Origin: Candidatus Binatia bacterium
GTDB taxonomy: Bacteria > Desulfobacterota > Binatia > Bin18
Direction: 5' to 3'
DNA length: 64,000 nt
Assembly: GCA_963666315.2 (NCBI GenBank)
Contig: CAXXHG010000008.1
Coordinates: forward strand, 128,001 to 192,000
Shown here: in pieces, positions 42,025 through 52,634 of the stretch
Numbering within the stretch: position 1 is the stretch's first letter
Layout of the letters: each line of letters starts with the position of its first letter
Notes under the pieces: generated by a model
Told to the model about the DNA's origin: nothing
Databases searched by the model: none
What the model saw: the letters and a program-made list of their open reading frames with translations, nothing else
Made by a program: the position numbers and the translations under genes

Positions 42025-42930
42025 TTACCCGGCTGTGTCGGAGTCACTCTTCACGTCAAAGCCGCCAGCCTCAGGCGCATGTCCGTAAACGTCGCGCACA
42101 TAGTATTCGGACTGATGCGTTGCGGGTCTGGCTCCCCAGCCATACTCAATCATCCAGCCCGAGGGATTGCGGAAGTAAAACGAATACATGTGGTCGTTTG
42201 AGTGTTTGCCGGGGGTAATCGTGACGGGAATCTTGTGTTCACGGACCAACTCGTAGGTGAGGCCCACATCGTCCATATGGTCTACCTCGACCATAATATG
42301 GTTGAGGCGTTTGTCCGCATCGCCTATCCCAAATGCAACCGAGTGGTCGCGCTCATTGCAATGCATAAAGGTCGGCGTCACCGTGTGTGGGCCAATCTGA
42401 ATCTTGTATTCGACACTGCCCCGCATACCGAGGCTGCGGTAAAAGCGGTACGCGGTATCGGTATCTCGCTCACGGATAATACAGTGGCCTAGGCCACCGG
42501 CACCGGTCTGAAAACCACCGTGCATGCGTCGGCCGGGATGAAAGGGTTTGCTAAACTCCACCTGCGGACCATGAAAGATTTCGATAGGATTCCCGTCAGG
42601 ATCTTCGAGCTTGAGCACTTCCAGCACGTGTCGCTCTAGGGCCTCGTCCTGCGATCCGACGCGGCATGCTATGCCCGCCTCAGATAATTGTTGCTGTATC
42701 TGGCCGAATTCTTCAGGACCGGCGACGCGAAACCCCAGATAGAGCAGGTCATCACTTGGGTCGTCGTGCAGGACGATACGGTGATGCCAATAATCCATGC
42801 GCGCGTAGCAACGATCCTCTTGCCCTTCATCCACGATTTCCCAGCCTATGATGGTGGCCGCGAAATGCTTCCACGTGTCGAGGTCTTTTACGCCGATACC
42901 CATGTAACCCAGCTCTGTGACTTGAACCAT
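42025..42930 (-). CDS. nahC: Extradiol dioxygenase, 1,2-dihydroxynaphthalene dioxygenase-like
   Basis: ELGYMGIGVKD, RMDYWHHRI, FHPGRRMHG, FMHCNERDHS, GKHSNDH, NPSGW. Confidence 0.8.
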   Translation of the reverse strand: MVQVTELGYMGIGVKDLDTWKHFAATIIGWEIVDEGQEDRCYARMDYWHHRIVLHDDPSDDLLYLGFRVAGPEEFGQIQQQLSEAGIACRVGSQDEALERHVLEVLKLEDPDGNPIEIFHGPQVEFSKPFHPGRRMHGGFQTGAGGLGHCIIRERDTDTAYRFYRSLGMRGSVEYKIQIGPHTVTPTFMHCNERDHSVAFGIGDADKRLNHIMVEVDHMDDVGLTYELVREHKIPVTITPGKHSNDHMYSFYFRNPSGWMIEYGWGARPATHQSEYYVRDVYGHAPEAGGFDVKSDSDTAG

Positions 42931-43005
42931 GGTTCCCTCCTCACGTTAAAGATTATTCGTTTGATCTCAAAAGTGTGACGAACCCTCCACTGCAGGACCT
43001 CTTGC

Positions 43006-43734
43006 CTACGCGGCGGCTTGTTTGTCCGGACGGGGCTGCTTGCCTCGTTTCTTTGTGAGCGCACTTTCTCCTGCGGGTCTGAGGAGAGCCAGCGCTTGCG
43101 GCAGCAAAAACGCCAGATAGTCATCGACTGACTCCAGCTCTCCCACAAACGCCCAGCGGCGCACCGCCCAGGCGTGGGCCAGAACCATGAGATTGTGGGC
43201 CTTCAACTCGATAGCGTCGGGCGCAAAGCGGCCCTGCTCCACGCCGTATTGAATCGCACTGCTGAGAGCGGCTTGGATACGCTTCTCGCGTTCGATCAGG
43301 GCTAGCCGGGTCGCCGGATTGAGCGATTTGGTTTCTTGATAGGCCAGCAGGATGAAGCGCCGCATGTGATCCACCCCGCGCACGAAGGTCGTAAACACCC
43401 CGCAGAAAACGTCCTCTGGGTCGGCGTGCGTTTGCGTAGCGACTGCACTTGCCTGGTGCAGTTGTTCGACCAAGTGCTGTTCGGCCCGCTCCTGCTCATG
43501 ACTAATGATAAAGAAGAGCAGTTCTTCCTTGTCTTTGAAATAAGAAAAGAGAGCCCCGTTGCTCATGCCCGCTTGGCGGGCGATGTCACGCGTAGTCGTT
43601 TTATGAAACCCATCACGCAGAAAGAGGTCAAAGGCGGCATTGGCGACTGCTTGCCGCTTTTGCTCCCGCAGGGTGGAGTTCTGAATGAGGCCGTTTTTTC
43701 GTCTGACCGAAGGGCGCAGAATTTTGCGTGCCAT
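43006..43734 (-). CDS. TetR/AcrR family regulator
   Basis: LFLRDGFHKTTTRDIARQAGMSNGALFSYFKDKEELL HTH. Confidence 0.92.
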   Translation of the reverse strand: MARKILRPSVRRKNGLIQNSTLREQKRQAVANAAFDLFLRDGFHKTTTRDIARQAGMSNGALFSYFKDKEELLFFIISHEQERAEQHLVEQLHQASAVATQTHADPEDVFCGVFTTFVRGVDHMRRFILLAYQETKSLNPATRLALIEREKRIQAALSSAIQYGVEQGRFAPDAIELKAHNLMVLAHAWAVRRWAFVGELESVDDYLAFLLPQALALLRPAGESALTKKRGKQPRPDKQAAA

Positions 43735-43760
43735 ATGTGTATTCACCCAGAAAAAAACAC

Positions 43761-44324
43761 TCATATTTTTCGTACCGAAAACAGATTCATCAGCAAATTG
43801 AACTGCTCGCAGTCAGGGAGCAGTGAGTGGTTGGCTGTGCCCGGACCAGGAAAGTCGGTGAACGGCTGCATGCTAAAGCCGGCTCGAAAGTCCGATGTAT
43901 AGCGACGTGCGATTGACCGTTTCGTCCCGCGTATGACCGAGGCCCAGATCTCGGCATCATCCTCTTCGAACAGACCCGACATGGCAAAGTTTAGAATCCC
44001 GCATTTCAACACCTCCACCTTCCACGCGGCGGACGCCTCTTGTTCGGCAAAATACCAGCTTCGCAGCCCGATCTTACAGCTATTGAGAAACGCTCGCAGC
44101 GCTCCATCTTCCCCGCGCACCACGATGACCTGGTCATCGCCCATCGGTCGGGTGACGTAATCGCCGGGATGGGGTAGCTCAGTTTCATGCCCGAGAAAAA
44201 GCCAGCAGCGGTTGAAGATCTGCTCGACCTCTCGCTCGCAGATGATGGGGTCGGTAAAGATGCGCCGGCTCACCCGCCCCGCTTCCTCATTCACCCAGAC
44301 TGGGGCATCGAGTGTGCGTGTCAT
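43761..44324 (-). pseudogene. Rieske oxygenase alpha subunit with large internal deletion
   Basis: IFNRCWLFLGHE..GDYVT..FLNSC joined directly to the C-terminal part (..GLFEEDDAEIW); Rieske His ligands lost. Confidence 0.85.
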
Positions 44325-44343
44325 ACGTCCCTCTGGAAGCGCC

Positions 44344-44402
44344 ATTGATTGAGCGCTTGCTCAATGCTAGATACATAAGGCAAAACCCTCTGTCAAGACG
44401 AA
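44344..44402 (-). promoter_or_regulatory. Second copy of promoter/operator ATTGAGC-N4-GCTCAAT
   Basis: 26-mer identical to 15142-15167; TGTCAAGACGAA also shared. Confidence 0.75.
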
Positions 44403-44478
44403 TGGAGGATGGCCGTGGCTCTCGCCCAAACGGACACCGCAGACAGGAAGAAAGACTCCAAGAATAAGAGGTGACATT

Positions 44479-45498
44479 ATGGCGGCATATCGCAAGCACG
44501 AAGCGCGCGAATGGGCGAAAGAAAATATGCGGGGAGTGGCGAATACCATCACCCCGACGTTTACCCAAGACTTACGCAGCCTGAATGAAAAAGCCATTCG
44601 GTACGATGTCCGTAAAGAAATCGAATATGGTTTTTGGGGTACGCTGCTCGTTGCTGAAACCGCCACCACACTGGACGAATATATTCAATTTGCTGAGTGG
44701 GCGGCGGATGAGTCTGGAGGCAAACTCCATCTCATTCATCACGCTAGCTTTAATACCCTGGAAGAAAATATCGAAGCAGTTCAGGCGACCGAACAAGCGG
44801 GCGCCGATCTTGTGCTGCTCTCCTACCCGCCAACGTTTTATCCCGAAAGCGCCGACGATATTTACGACTATACTAAGGCGTTCTGCGACAATACGAATCT
44901 TGCCGTGATGCTTTTCCCCGTACCGCTCTGGGGTTTCGAGCGCATCCATCCAGCGGCCGGTTTTGGGCCGGATTTGATTAAGCGCTTGCTGGACGATGTT
45001 CCGAATATCGCCGCGATAAAAGCTGAAGGTGGCATGCCATCCATTGGCGGCTTTGTCGATGTCTACACACGCTTCAGCGACCGAATCGTGGTAACAGAAC
45101 CGATCGAAGGGAATGGTCTGCCTCTGGCGGGTCTGGTGCCTATGCAGTTTATGGGCACCAGTAATTATGAGTACTGGGGTCCTCTAATCCCCAAGATTTT
45201 TGGCCTGATCCAAGGCGGCCAGTTTGAAGCCGGCATGGAATTGTACTGGCAGATCCAGCCTGCCCGTCAGGCGAGTATGCAAGCTATGGCCATGGTCGCC
45301 GGATCAAATTTGTTACACCGCATGCTATGGAAATATCAAGGCTGGCTGAGCGGCTTCAACGGCGGCCCGCTTCGGACTCCGACTATGCGGTTGCATGATC
45401 GCCAGATGAAGCCTTTACGCCAAGGGTTGATTGCCTCTGGCCTCGAGGTTCCGGTTGAGGATGACCGAGAGTTTTTTATTGGGCGCAATCAAGAGTAG
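44479..45498 (+). CDS. DapA/NAL family hydratase-aldolase (PhdG/NahE-like)
   Basis: EAREWA..GVAN, GADLVLLSYPP, NIAAIKAEGG Schiff-base Lys; divergent from the nahC-like operon. Confidence 0.75.
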   Translation: MAAYRKHEAREWAKENMRGVANTITPTFTQDLRSLNEKAIRYDVRKEIEYGFWGTLLVAETATTLDEYIQFAEWAADESGGKLHLIHHASFNTLEENIEAVQATEQAGADLVLLSYPPTFYPESADDIYDYTKAFCDNTNLAVMLFPVPLWGFERIHPAAGFGPDLIKRLLDDVPNIAAIKAEGGMPSIGGFVDVYTRFSDRIVVTEPIEGNGLPLAGLVPMQFMGTSNYEYWGPLIPKIFGLIQGGQFEAGMELYWQIQPARQASMQAMAMVAGSNLLHRMLWKYQGWLSGFNGGPLRTPTMRLHDRQMKPLRQGLIASGLEVPVEDDREFFIGRNQE

Positions 45499-45551
45499 AA
45501 TGAGATCGTCCCAATCAGTGATAATCCCCTCTCAAAACGTGAACCTCGGTG

Positions 45552-46025
45552 CTAGATGAGAAACGTCATATTATTGATGACCTCATCGTTGTTTATGAGC
45601 ATCACTTTCTTATACGCGATCTTGAAGCTGTCACCTTCCGGCCGTAGGGTGTGGATAGTACAACCCGCGAATGTTTCCATTCTGCTTCGGCGTAGAGCCG
45701 TCAGGTTAAAGTTGGAATAGACCGTCAGCTCACCGTTCTCACTTTCTTTAATCTCGATATTGGAGATCACGCGCCGCAGGCGCGACTTAGGGTCCTGGGC
45801 ATATGCCGCGCCGCTTTTCAGCCGCGCGATACGATCCTCAAGCCGTGCCTTGTTCTCATACACAATCGACACATGCCGCTGTGGGTCAATATCGTCTTCG
45901 TTCGCCGGTACCCAGTACAGGGCATCTTCCGTCCAGAGAGCGAGCCATTCGTCGTAGGCGTGTTCATCCATGAAGCGGGCTTCACGGTAGAGAAAATTTT
46001 CGATCGGGTGGCGGTCTATGGACAT
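45552..46025 (-). CDS. Ring-hydroxylating dioxygenase beta subunit
   Basis: FLYREARFMD, YWVP, LEDRIARL, AQDPKSR..ISN. Confidence 0.92.
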   Translation of the reverse strand: MSIDRHPIENFLYREARFMDEHAYDEWLALWTEDALYWVPANEDDIDPQRHVSIVYENKARLEDRIARLKSGAAYAQDPKSRLRRVISNIEIKESENGELTVYSNFNLTALRRSRMETFAGCTIHTLRPEGDSFKIAYKKVMLINNDEVINNMTFLI

Positions 46026-46072
46026 TCCGCTGCTCCTTGTGTCGTTTCGTGCCTCGTCCGGAAACTCCGCAC

Positions 46073-47404
46073 TCAGCGCGCCTGTTGCATCCCGCTACGC
46101 GCGCGCTGGCGGCTTGGGGCCTCTTCGCACTGTGACATCATTTTCTTCCACTGGCGCCAAATGCCGCGCTGTGTCACCTCATCGGTCATTTGTCCGACCA
46201 GTGTCCCGTCGCTATCCTGGGACTCTTTATGCAGGCCGCGCGCGAGCAGGAGCCAGGGGTCTACCTGGGCACTCAGGCCGAGCTGATTGCGTTCGAACAT
46301 CTCCAGGTCGTCGGTCGCACCTCCTCCGGCCGGACCGTAAAATGCCTCGTGGCCACGCAGCCGGGCTGCATTCATTTCCAGCGGCACGCCCTTGAGCAGG
46401 GTTGGGTAGAGGAAGACTTCCGTCTCGTCCACCTTCAGCGGACGGATCACCCGGATCTGTACGCCGATGAGAGCCAGATTCGGGAATACCAGTAGATGGG
46501 TGCCACCGGAGAGGAGAATTTCTGCGGACCGCTCTTTGCCGTACCGTTTTTCCAGCGCGTCAACATAGGCTTGGCCTCCTGGTGTTGTCGGCAGGACCGC
46601 GCGCAGCCCAGTACCTTTCTCCTTATTATAGGCCCGAAAATCGAGCATCACATGGCCGTGGCCCAGATCTCGGGTCTGACCGATGGAACCGCTGCTGAAC
46701 AGGTCCGTCAGGTTTGCGCCCGTTTTCCTCTGCACACTGGCGAAAAAGGTCCGATGGACGAAGTTCGGATGGTAGCCGTCCATGCCGTTTTCCACCTGGA
46801 ATTTCCAGTTGGCTCTATAGCCGTATTTGTGGACACCGGCAGTGACGTCGAGTTCGCCTTCAGGTGAAAGGTCGGTGAATAGGTCAATTTGCTCTTTGAC
46901 TGGTTGGCCCAGGTGCTCGTCTAGACTGATCCCGACCGGATTCAGGCTGCCGAAGATGAAGCCTCGATACATCTCCGTACGCGGCACCTTGCGCAGTCCA
47001 TAGTCTTGCTTGCGAAACGACTCGTCGTAGCGATCTTGATACGTGACGCCCAGCAGATCGCCATTGGTGCGGTACGTCCAGCCATGATACGCGCAGCGAA
47101 ACAGCTGCGTGTTGCCGCGTTCGGTTTGGCAAACGGCGTTTGCCCGGTGGGCGCAGCGGTTCAGCAAGAGCTGCACCTGTCCGTCCTCGTCCTGGACCAT
47201 GATGACCGACTGTTGGCCGATGGTCGTCACGCGAAAGTCGCCCGGCTGCGGGACCTCGCTGGCGTGTCCGACATACACCCAGCCGCGGTGGAAGATCTTG
47301 GTCATCTCGTCGGCAAAAATATCGGGGTCGGTGTATGCGCTGCCATGCACCCGGTCTTCTTGGACCAGCGCACTATAATCGATCTCTGCGCGTGTCGTTT
47401 TCAT
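46073..47404 (-). CDS. Rieske ring-hydroxylating dioxygenase alpha subunit (intact)
   Basis: CAHR..CAYHGW, ENGMDGYHPNFVH, DDLEMF. Confidence 0.93.
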   Translation of the reverse strand: MKTTRAEIDYSALVQEDRVHGSAYTDPDIFADEMTKIFHRGWVYVGHASEVPQPGDFRVTTIGQQSVIMVQDEDGQVQLLLNRCAHRANAVCQTERGNTQLFRCAYHGWTYRTNGDLLGVTYQDRYDESFRKQDYGLRKVPRTEMYRGFIFGSLNPVGISLDEHLGQPVKEQIDLFTDLSPEGELDVTAGVHKYGYRANWKFQVENGMDGYHPNFVHRTFFASVQRKTGANLTDLFSSGSIGQTRDLGHGHVMLDFRAYNKEKGTGLRAVLPTTPGGQAYVDALEKRYGKERSAEILLSGGTHLLVFPNLALIGVQIRVIRPLKVDETEVFLYPTLLKGVPLEMNAARLRGHEAFYGPAGGGATDDLEMFERNQLGLSAQVDPWLLLARGLHKESQDSDGTLVGQMTDEVTQRGIWRQWKKMMSQCEEAPSRQRARSGMQQAR

Positions 47405-47463
47405 ACGGACCTCCCTTTTGTCCCTGCTTGTATCGCCCGACCGACCCGGAATGCAACAGTTGA

Positions 47464-48648
47464 TCAGCTATGCGACAGGCTTGCTGCAATCTTCAGCAGC
47501 AACATGTCCGCCCCGTGTGGTGCTATGAGCGACAGGCCGAGTGGACAGTCATCTAGCATACCTAGCGGGAGACTCATCTGAGGCAGCCGCGCGCGGCCGG
47601 CGATGCACAGCAGACTCAGCGCCCGTGTCCGAAACGTCTCAAGCTCGGCAGCTGGCGTATCTCTGGGCGGTGCAATGCCAGGTGCGCTGGGCAGACATAA
47701 AACTGCATCCTGGCCAAGTAAGGCATCGAGTCGGGCGGCGACTTGCTCACGCTTTTGCTTGGCAGCAGCCACGTCTGCTTGATAAATTGTCGCCGGCCAT
47801 TCGAAGCGTTCGCGAATACTTGGCCCAAAGGTTGGCTGAACCTCACGAATCCAGGCGCCATGATAGGCCCAGATCTCCACGCCCTGCAGGACACGGAAGA
47901 GCTGCGGCCATTCTGAGAGTCCTTTTGCGCTGACCGTTACCCGCTTTATAGGACGAATAGCTGCGCTGATCTGTGTGACTGCGGATTGGAGAGCTTGTGT
48001 GGCAGTATCACCAGCCAGGGCAAGAGCATCTGAGGCGAAGAATAGCTGAGGCGGTTGGTGCGCCGTTGTGTCATCATCCCGAAGTACGCGCAGCAGTATC
48101 CGACCCACCCGTTCCAAAATCCCAGGATCCTGCGCAAATCAACCAACCGTATCAAAGTTGGACGCGAGTGGGACGATTTCGTCCAGCGGGATACGACCAT
48201 GTGTCGGACGAAAGCCGAAGATCCCGCAGTAGCTGGCCGGTAGACGAACCGAACCGCCACAATCGGTGCCGATGGCGAAGTAGACGAGTCCACCGGCTGT
48301 CCCCGCAGCTGATCCACTTGATGAGCCTCCAGGGATGCGGCCGGCTGCTCTTGGATTCAGCGGCGCACCGTAGTGGACGTTTTCACCATTTAGGCTATAG
48401 GCGAGTTCATCTGTGTGCGTTTTGCCGACCATGCGCGCGCCTGCATCGAGCAAACGCTGCACAGCAGGCGCTGTGGTCTCGGCTGGTGGATGGGTACGCA
48501 GCCAGTCCGGGTTTCCGGCTTCGGTGCGATGTCCGCTGACGTGGAATACATCTTTCACCGCAAGTGACAAACCTGCGAGTGGTCCTGCGCCCGAGCCGGG
48601 AAGGGCGACGTGGGTGTGGCGGCAGAATGTGCCTAAGGTGTCGTTCAT
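47464..48648 (-). pseudogene. Amidase signature family protein with one in-frame TGA
   Basis: AVKD, GKTHTDE, PGGSSSGS, GTDCGGSVR; DTVG*FAQD (TGA 48139-48141); both halves in the same frame. Confidence 0.88.
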
Positions 48649-48731
48649 GGTGTACTCTTTTGGGGCTCCCACATGACTTTCCCCTCACCCACAGTCGCTC
48701 CGCTCCTGCTACTCCCAAGAAATGAAGTATC

Positions 48732-48760
48732 GTAGGGTGGGTCCTGCAGACCCACCCTAC
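48732..48760. repeat. GTAG-type REP palindrome
   Basis: GTAGGGTGGGTC-CTGCA-GACCCACCCTAC perfect inverted repeat. Confidence 0.75.
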
Positions 48761-48767
48761 CGCTTTC

Positions 48768-50018
48768 TTAGGGGCGGTGCAGCTCCGCCGGCTTACGCGT
48801 GAAGGTCTGCCGTCCCCGTTTGAAGCCGTATAGGGGTGCGGCCACTTCTGCGACAGCCGCCTCGGGTGTCGCACAGTCAAGGACAACGAGATCCGCTGTT
48901 TTGCCCACCGTGACGCCATATTCTTCCAGTCGCATTAACCGCGCCGACCGTTGCGTTACCATTTCAAAACATGCCCGTATCTCTTCGCGTTTGCCCACAT
49001 GACACACGTTGGCGTATAGGTTCGCCATCCGCAGCAGCGAGCAGTCGCCAAAGGGCGTGAATGGGTTCAGGACATTATTGCTCGATAGGGAACAATTCAC
49101 GCCGGAGCGCAGGAGTTTATGAATGGGCGTCACACCGCGGATGACGTTGTAGTCCTGTTGACGGCCCATGAGGTAGAGGTCGGTCGAGGGCAGCACGGTG
49201 ACCGCTACCCCGACGTCGGCCAATCGACGCGCGATTGTCGTGAACAGCTCTAACGGCGTGGTTGAAAGCCGGGTCACATGCCCAACCGTGACCCGGCCGC
49301 CATAACCGAAATTTTCAGTCTGGTCACACACGTGCTCGATATCCATCCCCTCGGGTGTATTTCCGAAGTCCAAATGCATATCAATATCAACGTCAAACTC
49401 ACGCGCCAGGGCGAAGACCCGATCAATCTGGCCGTGCGGGTCCGTGTCTGTATACGGAGCAGCGCCAACCACGCGTGCACCCTGCTTGAGTGCTTCGACC
49501 ATAAGCTCATCAGTGCTAGGATTGTTTAACAAACCTTCTTGCGGAAAGACGCAGATTTCGAGGTCGAGTGCCCATGCATATTCCCGGATGAGAGGAAACA
49601 CACCCTCGAAGCCACGCAGACCAATACCGGGGTCTACCTCCAGGTGCGTCCGCATATGGGTCGTCCCCTGCAGGAAGCTTTTTTCAAGGGTGCGGACTGC
49701 GCGGGCATATAGGTCTTCTGGGGTAAATGCCTTTTTTGCTAGAGCGACCTGCTGAATGGCTTCTTCCAGGCTCCCATCCTCAGATTTGCAGCGTTCCAAG
49801 AGACACGACTTGTCCAGATGAATATGGGTTTCAATGAAACCCGGAGTGACCAAACAGCCCTGCAGGTCAAGCTCACGCCCCTGGGCGGCCAAGTCAGAGA
49901 GGTGAGATGGGTGCGGTTCAATTGCCACAATCCGACCAGCCTGGATGCCAGTATCCACGGCAGGTTCATCTGGTCCATGCTGTCCGTCAATGTGTCCATT
50001 TCTTAGAATGAGGTCCAT
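48768..50018 (-). CDS. Cytosine/creatinine deaminase-like amidohydrolase
   Basis: HIHLDK, GTTHMRTH, FPQEG, DMHLD, GHVT, NPFTPFG. Confidence 0.88.
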   Translation of the reverse strand: MDLILRNGHIDGQHGPDEPAVDTGIQAGRIVAIEPHPSHLSDLAAQGRELDLQGCLVTPGFIETHIHLDKSCLLERCKSEDGSLEEAIQQVALAKKAFTPEDLYARAVRTLEKSFLQGTTHMRTHLEVDPGIGLRGFEGVFPLIREYAWALDLEICVFPQEGLLNNPSTDELMVEALKQGARVVGAAPYTDTDPHGQIDRVFALAREFDVDIDMHLDFGNTPEGMDIEHVCDQTENFGYGGRVTVGHVTRLSTTPLELFTTIARRLADVGVAVTVLPSTDLYLMGRQQDYNVIRGVTPIHKLLRSGVNCSLSSNNVLNPFTPFGDCSLLRMANLYANVCHVGKREEIRACFEMVTQRSARLMRLEEYGVTVGKTADLVVLDCATPEAAVAEVAAPLYGFKRGRQTFTRKPAELHRP

Positions 50019-50069
50019 GCCCGCCTCCTCAGTCAGTTGAACGACAGTTTAACGGAGTGATCACGTAAA

Positions 50070-51516
50070 TCACTTCTCGCTCTGCAGTTGCGCCCAGATT
50101 TTTTTGACAACTTCGCCGCCACGCTGCTGAACATGCTCTTCATCGTCAGCTACGAACCGACCGCGGAAAACCTGGAAACGGCCGTCGGTCATGACATGCC
50201 GTACGCTCAGACCATGCGCGTACAATAAATTATTGAGCGGTTCGGGCGGCACAGCTCCCGTGCCGCTGAGGAAGCCGGTGACATCGACCGTGCACACGTC
50301 TGCTTTCGCGCCAGGCGCAATGCGTCCGAGATCGTCTCGTCCCAGCCCTTGGGCAGCGCCCAGCGTTGCGCCTTCGACGGCATCCCATATGGTTGGCATC
50401 TTCAACGGCACGGGACTGTGTGCCTGCAGGAGGCGAGCCCGGGCCCGTCCGTATAATACGGCCAGCTTTAGATTTTCGATGTAGTCATTCGAGTGAGTGT
50501 CTATGCCTATCGTGGTCTTGACGCCGGCGGCGAGCGCTTCCGGGTAGGGTTGCGTGCCGCCGCTTCCACCGGCCCCTCCGTTGTGACAGATGGATATGAA
50601 TGCCATTGCCCATTTCCCGAGCCGCGGCCAATATAGCGGCCATGGTCTTTGGGGTGTGGGTGTCTGTGGCATGCGGGGCCATTTGGGGCCGGAGCCGTCC
50701 GTCTTCGGCTCCATCGTGGGCGAGGCCAAAGCGTCGATTGGCTACAATCTCGGTCAAGGTGTCGGCTTCTGTATCGGACAGGACTTGGTCTGTGTCTCGA
50801 AACCAGAGGGGAAACAGCCGCGCAATACCTGGGATCATCCCGCCCGGATAACCCCGGACTCCCCAGCGCTTGGCAATACGCACATACGACTCTGCCTGCC
50901 GGAGGCTCAGGCTCATTTCGACATGCGTTGTACAGCCTGAGCGCAGTAATTCAGCTACGTTATAGGCGGTCAGGGCATCCAGATCTTCTGTGCTGAGCGA
51001 CTCTACCAATTCGAGCGGTGGAGCGTACGATCGACCGCCTTCAATAATCCCTCGGGTTGGCGTTGCCGCACAAGCATGGGTGTGACCGGAAATAAAACCC
51101 GGCAGTAATAACTGACCCGGCGCACGGACTCTTGGCGTGCTGCCCGGCAGCCGGCCGCTTATCACTTCCTCGATGCGATCTTTGCGCACCCGAACAGAAC
51201 AATCCGGGAGCAGGGTGAGGCGGCCATTCTGAAAAACGAGCCCCCAGACTGCCTCGATGATGCAATCGTGGTGTGGCGGCTGTTCCAGCCGGTTTTGAGG
51301 TGACGTTATGTCGGCAATGGCGGTAGGCAGGCGATGAGCGAGGATAGATCCAACAGCGGCCCCGGCGACAGTGCCTTGCACTAAGAGCTGGCGTCGAGTC
51401 AGGCGGCTTGCCGCACTCCGCCCCAGTTCTGCTGGACTGCTGCATACAAAACACGCGCCCTGCAAGTCTGCCGGTACGTCTCGCGGAAGGGCTGGATGTG
51501 TAAGGTATTGCGGCAT
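50070..51516 (-). pseudogene. MtaD/chlorohydrolase-like amidohydrolase with Tat-like leader; deletion and frameshift near 50575
   Basis: TRRQLL leader, PGFISGHTH, HIHLSQ, then GIDTHSND and LGRIAPGAKAD in another frame. Confidence 0.75.
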
Positions 51517-51629
51517 GCTGTTATCCTGTGGTCAGAGAGCAGAGTTGGGCCGGCCCTGTCAAGAACCTGAACTACTCGTGTTGATCAGCATCCTGACAGC
51601 CTGCCGTGGTACGCTGCCAGAGTCTTGGC

Positions 51630-52634
51630 TCAGTGTTGCCGAAAGGTCTCGGTCAGCTCACACAAGTGGGCGTAATGAGCAGCAGCCTTAGGGTCAACGC
51701 CTACCTCTTCCACGCTGAGTCGTTTGTGTGCAGCTCGGAGTTTTCTGCGATGATAGCGGGCGAAGAAGAATGCTTCGACGTGCGGGTAATGAAAGGCGGC
51801 GAGCAGAGTTTGGCGCAAGGCCAGATACTGGTCGACAAGATAATCTTTGGCCTTCGCCTCGCCGGCTGACAGATAGGGCAGGTCGTGCATAAAATGGCCA
51901 TAGCTGAGACTCCCGGTATCAAGAAAGATCGCGCGTGCCATGCCGTGGCTCAAAATAATATCGGCTGCGGCCAGTTTGCCATGGATAAGTGAGAACTGGG
52001 TTTGGAGCGGCAGTTGCGTGGACCACGTGTGGAGCATCTGCTCCCAGCGCTGTTTATCTCCAGATTTTCCAAAGGGTGATGAAGCCGGGATAGCGCGCAG
52101 CCAACGACGACATTGCTGGAAGAGGTAGACCCGGAAATCTTCGGTATGCAGCTGTCCGCGTTTGCCCCATGCCGGGGAGATTTCATCGTGCAGCTGGGCC
52201 AGGCTGCGCAGCACCGCCTGTGCGACCTCTGGGCTCAGCTCAATGTTAGCCAAAAGAGGTCCCGGAATAAACTCTTCAGCACCGAAAGATCGCTGATAAC
52301 GGCAGCGGGTGGCGAGACTCCGATCGCTCCACAACGGACGAGACACCGGCAGCCCTTTGGCCATGAACTGTTTCAATAAGGCGCTATATTCCCTGCAGGC
52401 GCGTGCCTGAGGGAACGCTCTGAGGACCCAGCGTTTTCCTGATGCATCGGTCACAAGATAGACTTCGCTATTCCCACCCTGACGGGGTAGCTCGACGCTC
52501 GGCGGACCATTTTCGCTCAGGCCTGTGACGCTGCGGCGGATCAGATAGCGAACGATCTGAGAAGGATTGCGGGATGGGCGCCGAGACATTGTGAGTGCGA
52601 GAAAAATATGCTTGAGCGAGTTGAAATTGAGCAA
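51630..52634 (-). CDS. Aminoglycoside/choline phosphotransferase-like kinase
   Basis: GGNSEVY, WVLR, LAQLH, LIHGKL, FLDTG; the usual HGD Asp appears as Lys. Confidence 0.55.
   Translation of the reverse strand: MLNFNSLKHIFLALTMSRRPSRNPSQIVRYLIRRSVTGLSENGPPSVELPRQGGNSEVYLVTDASGKRWVLRAFPQARACREYSALLKQFMAKGLPVSRPLWSDRSLATRCRYQRSFGAEEFIPGPLLANIELSPEVAQAVLRSLAQLHDEISPAWGKRGQLHTEDFRVYLFQQCRRWLRAIPASSPFGKSGDKQRWEQMLHTWSTQLPLQTQFSLIHGKLAAADIILSHGMARAIFLDTGSLSYGHFMHDLPYLSAGEAKAKDYLVDQYLALRQTLLAAFHYPHVEAFFFARYHRRKLRAAHKRLSVEEVGVDPKAAAHYAHLCELTETFRQH

Noticed and set aside
5595-48141. TGA reassigned to Trp, or selenocysteine, suggested by three in-frame TGAs at Trp-like sites
   Set aside because: TGA ends many intact genes (337, 12392, 13305, 55017), TGG is used throughout, and TAG/TAA interruptions also occur. 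Nonsense mutation is simpler.
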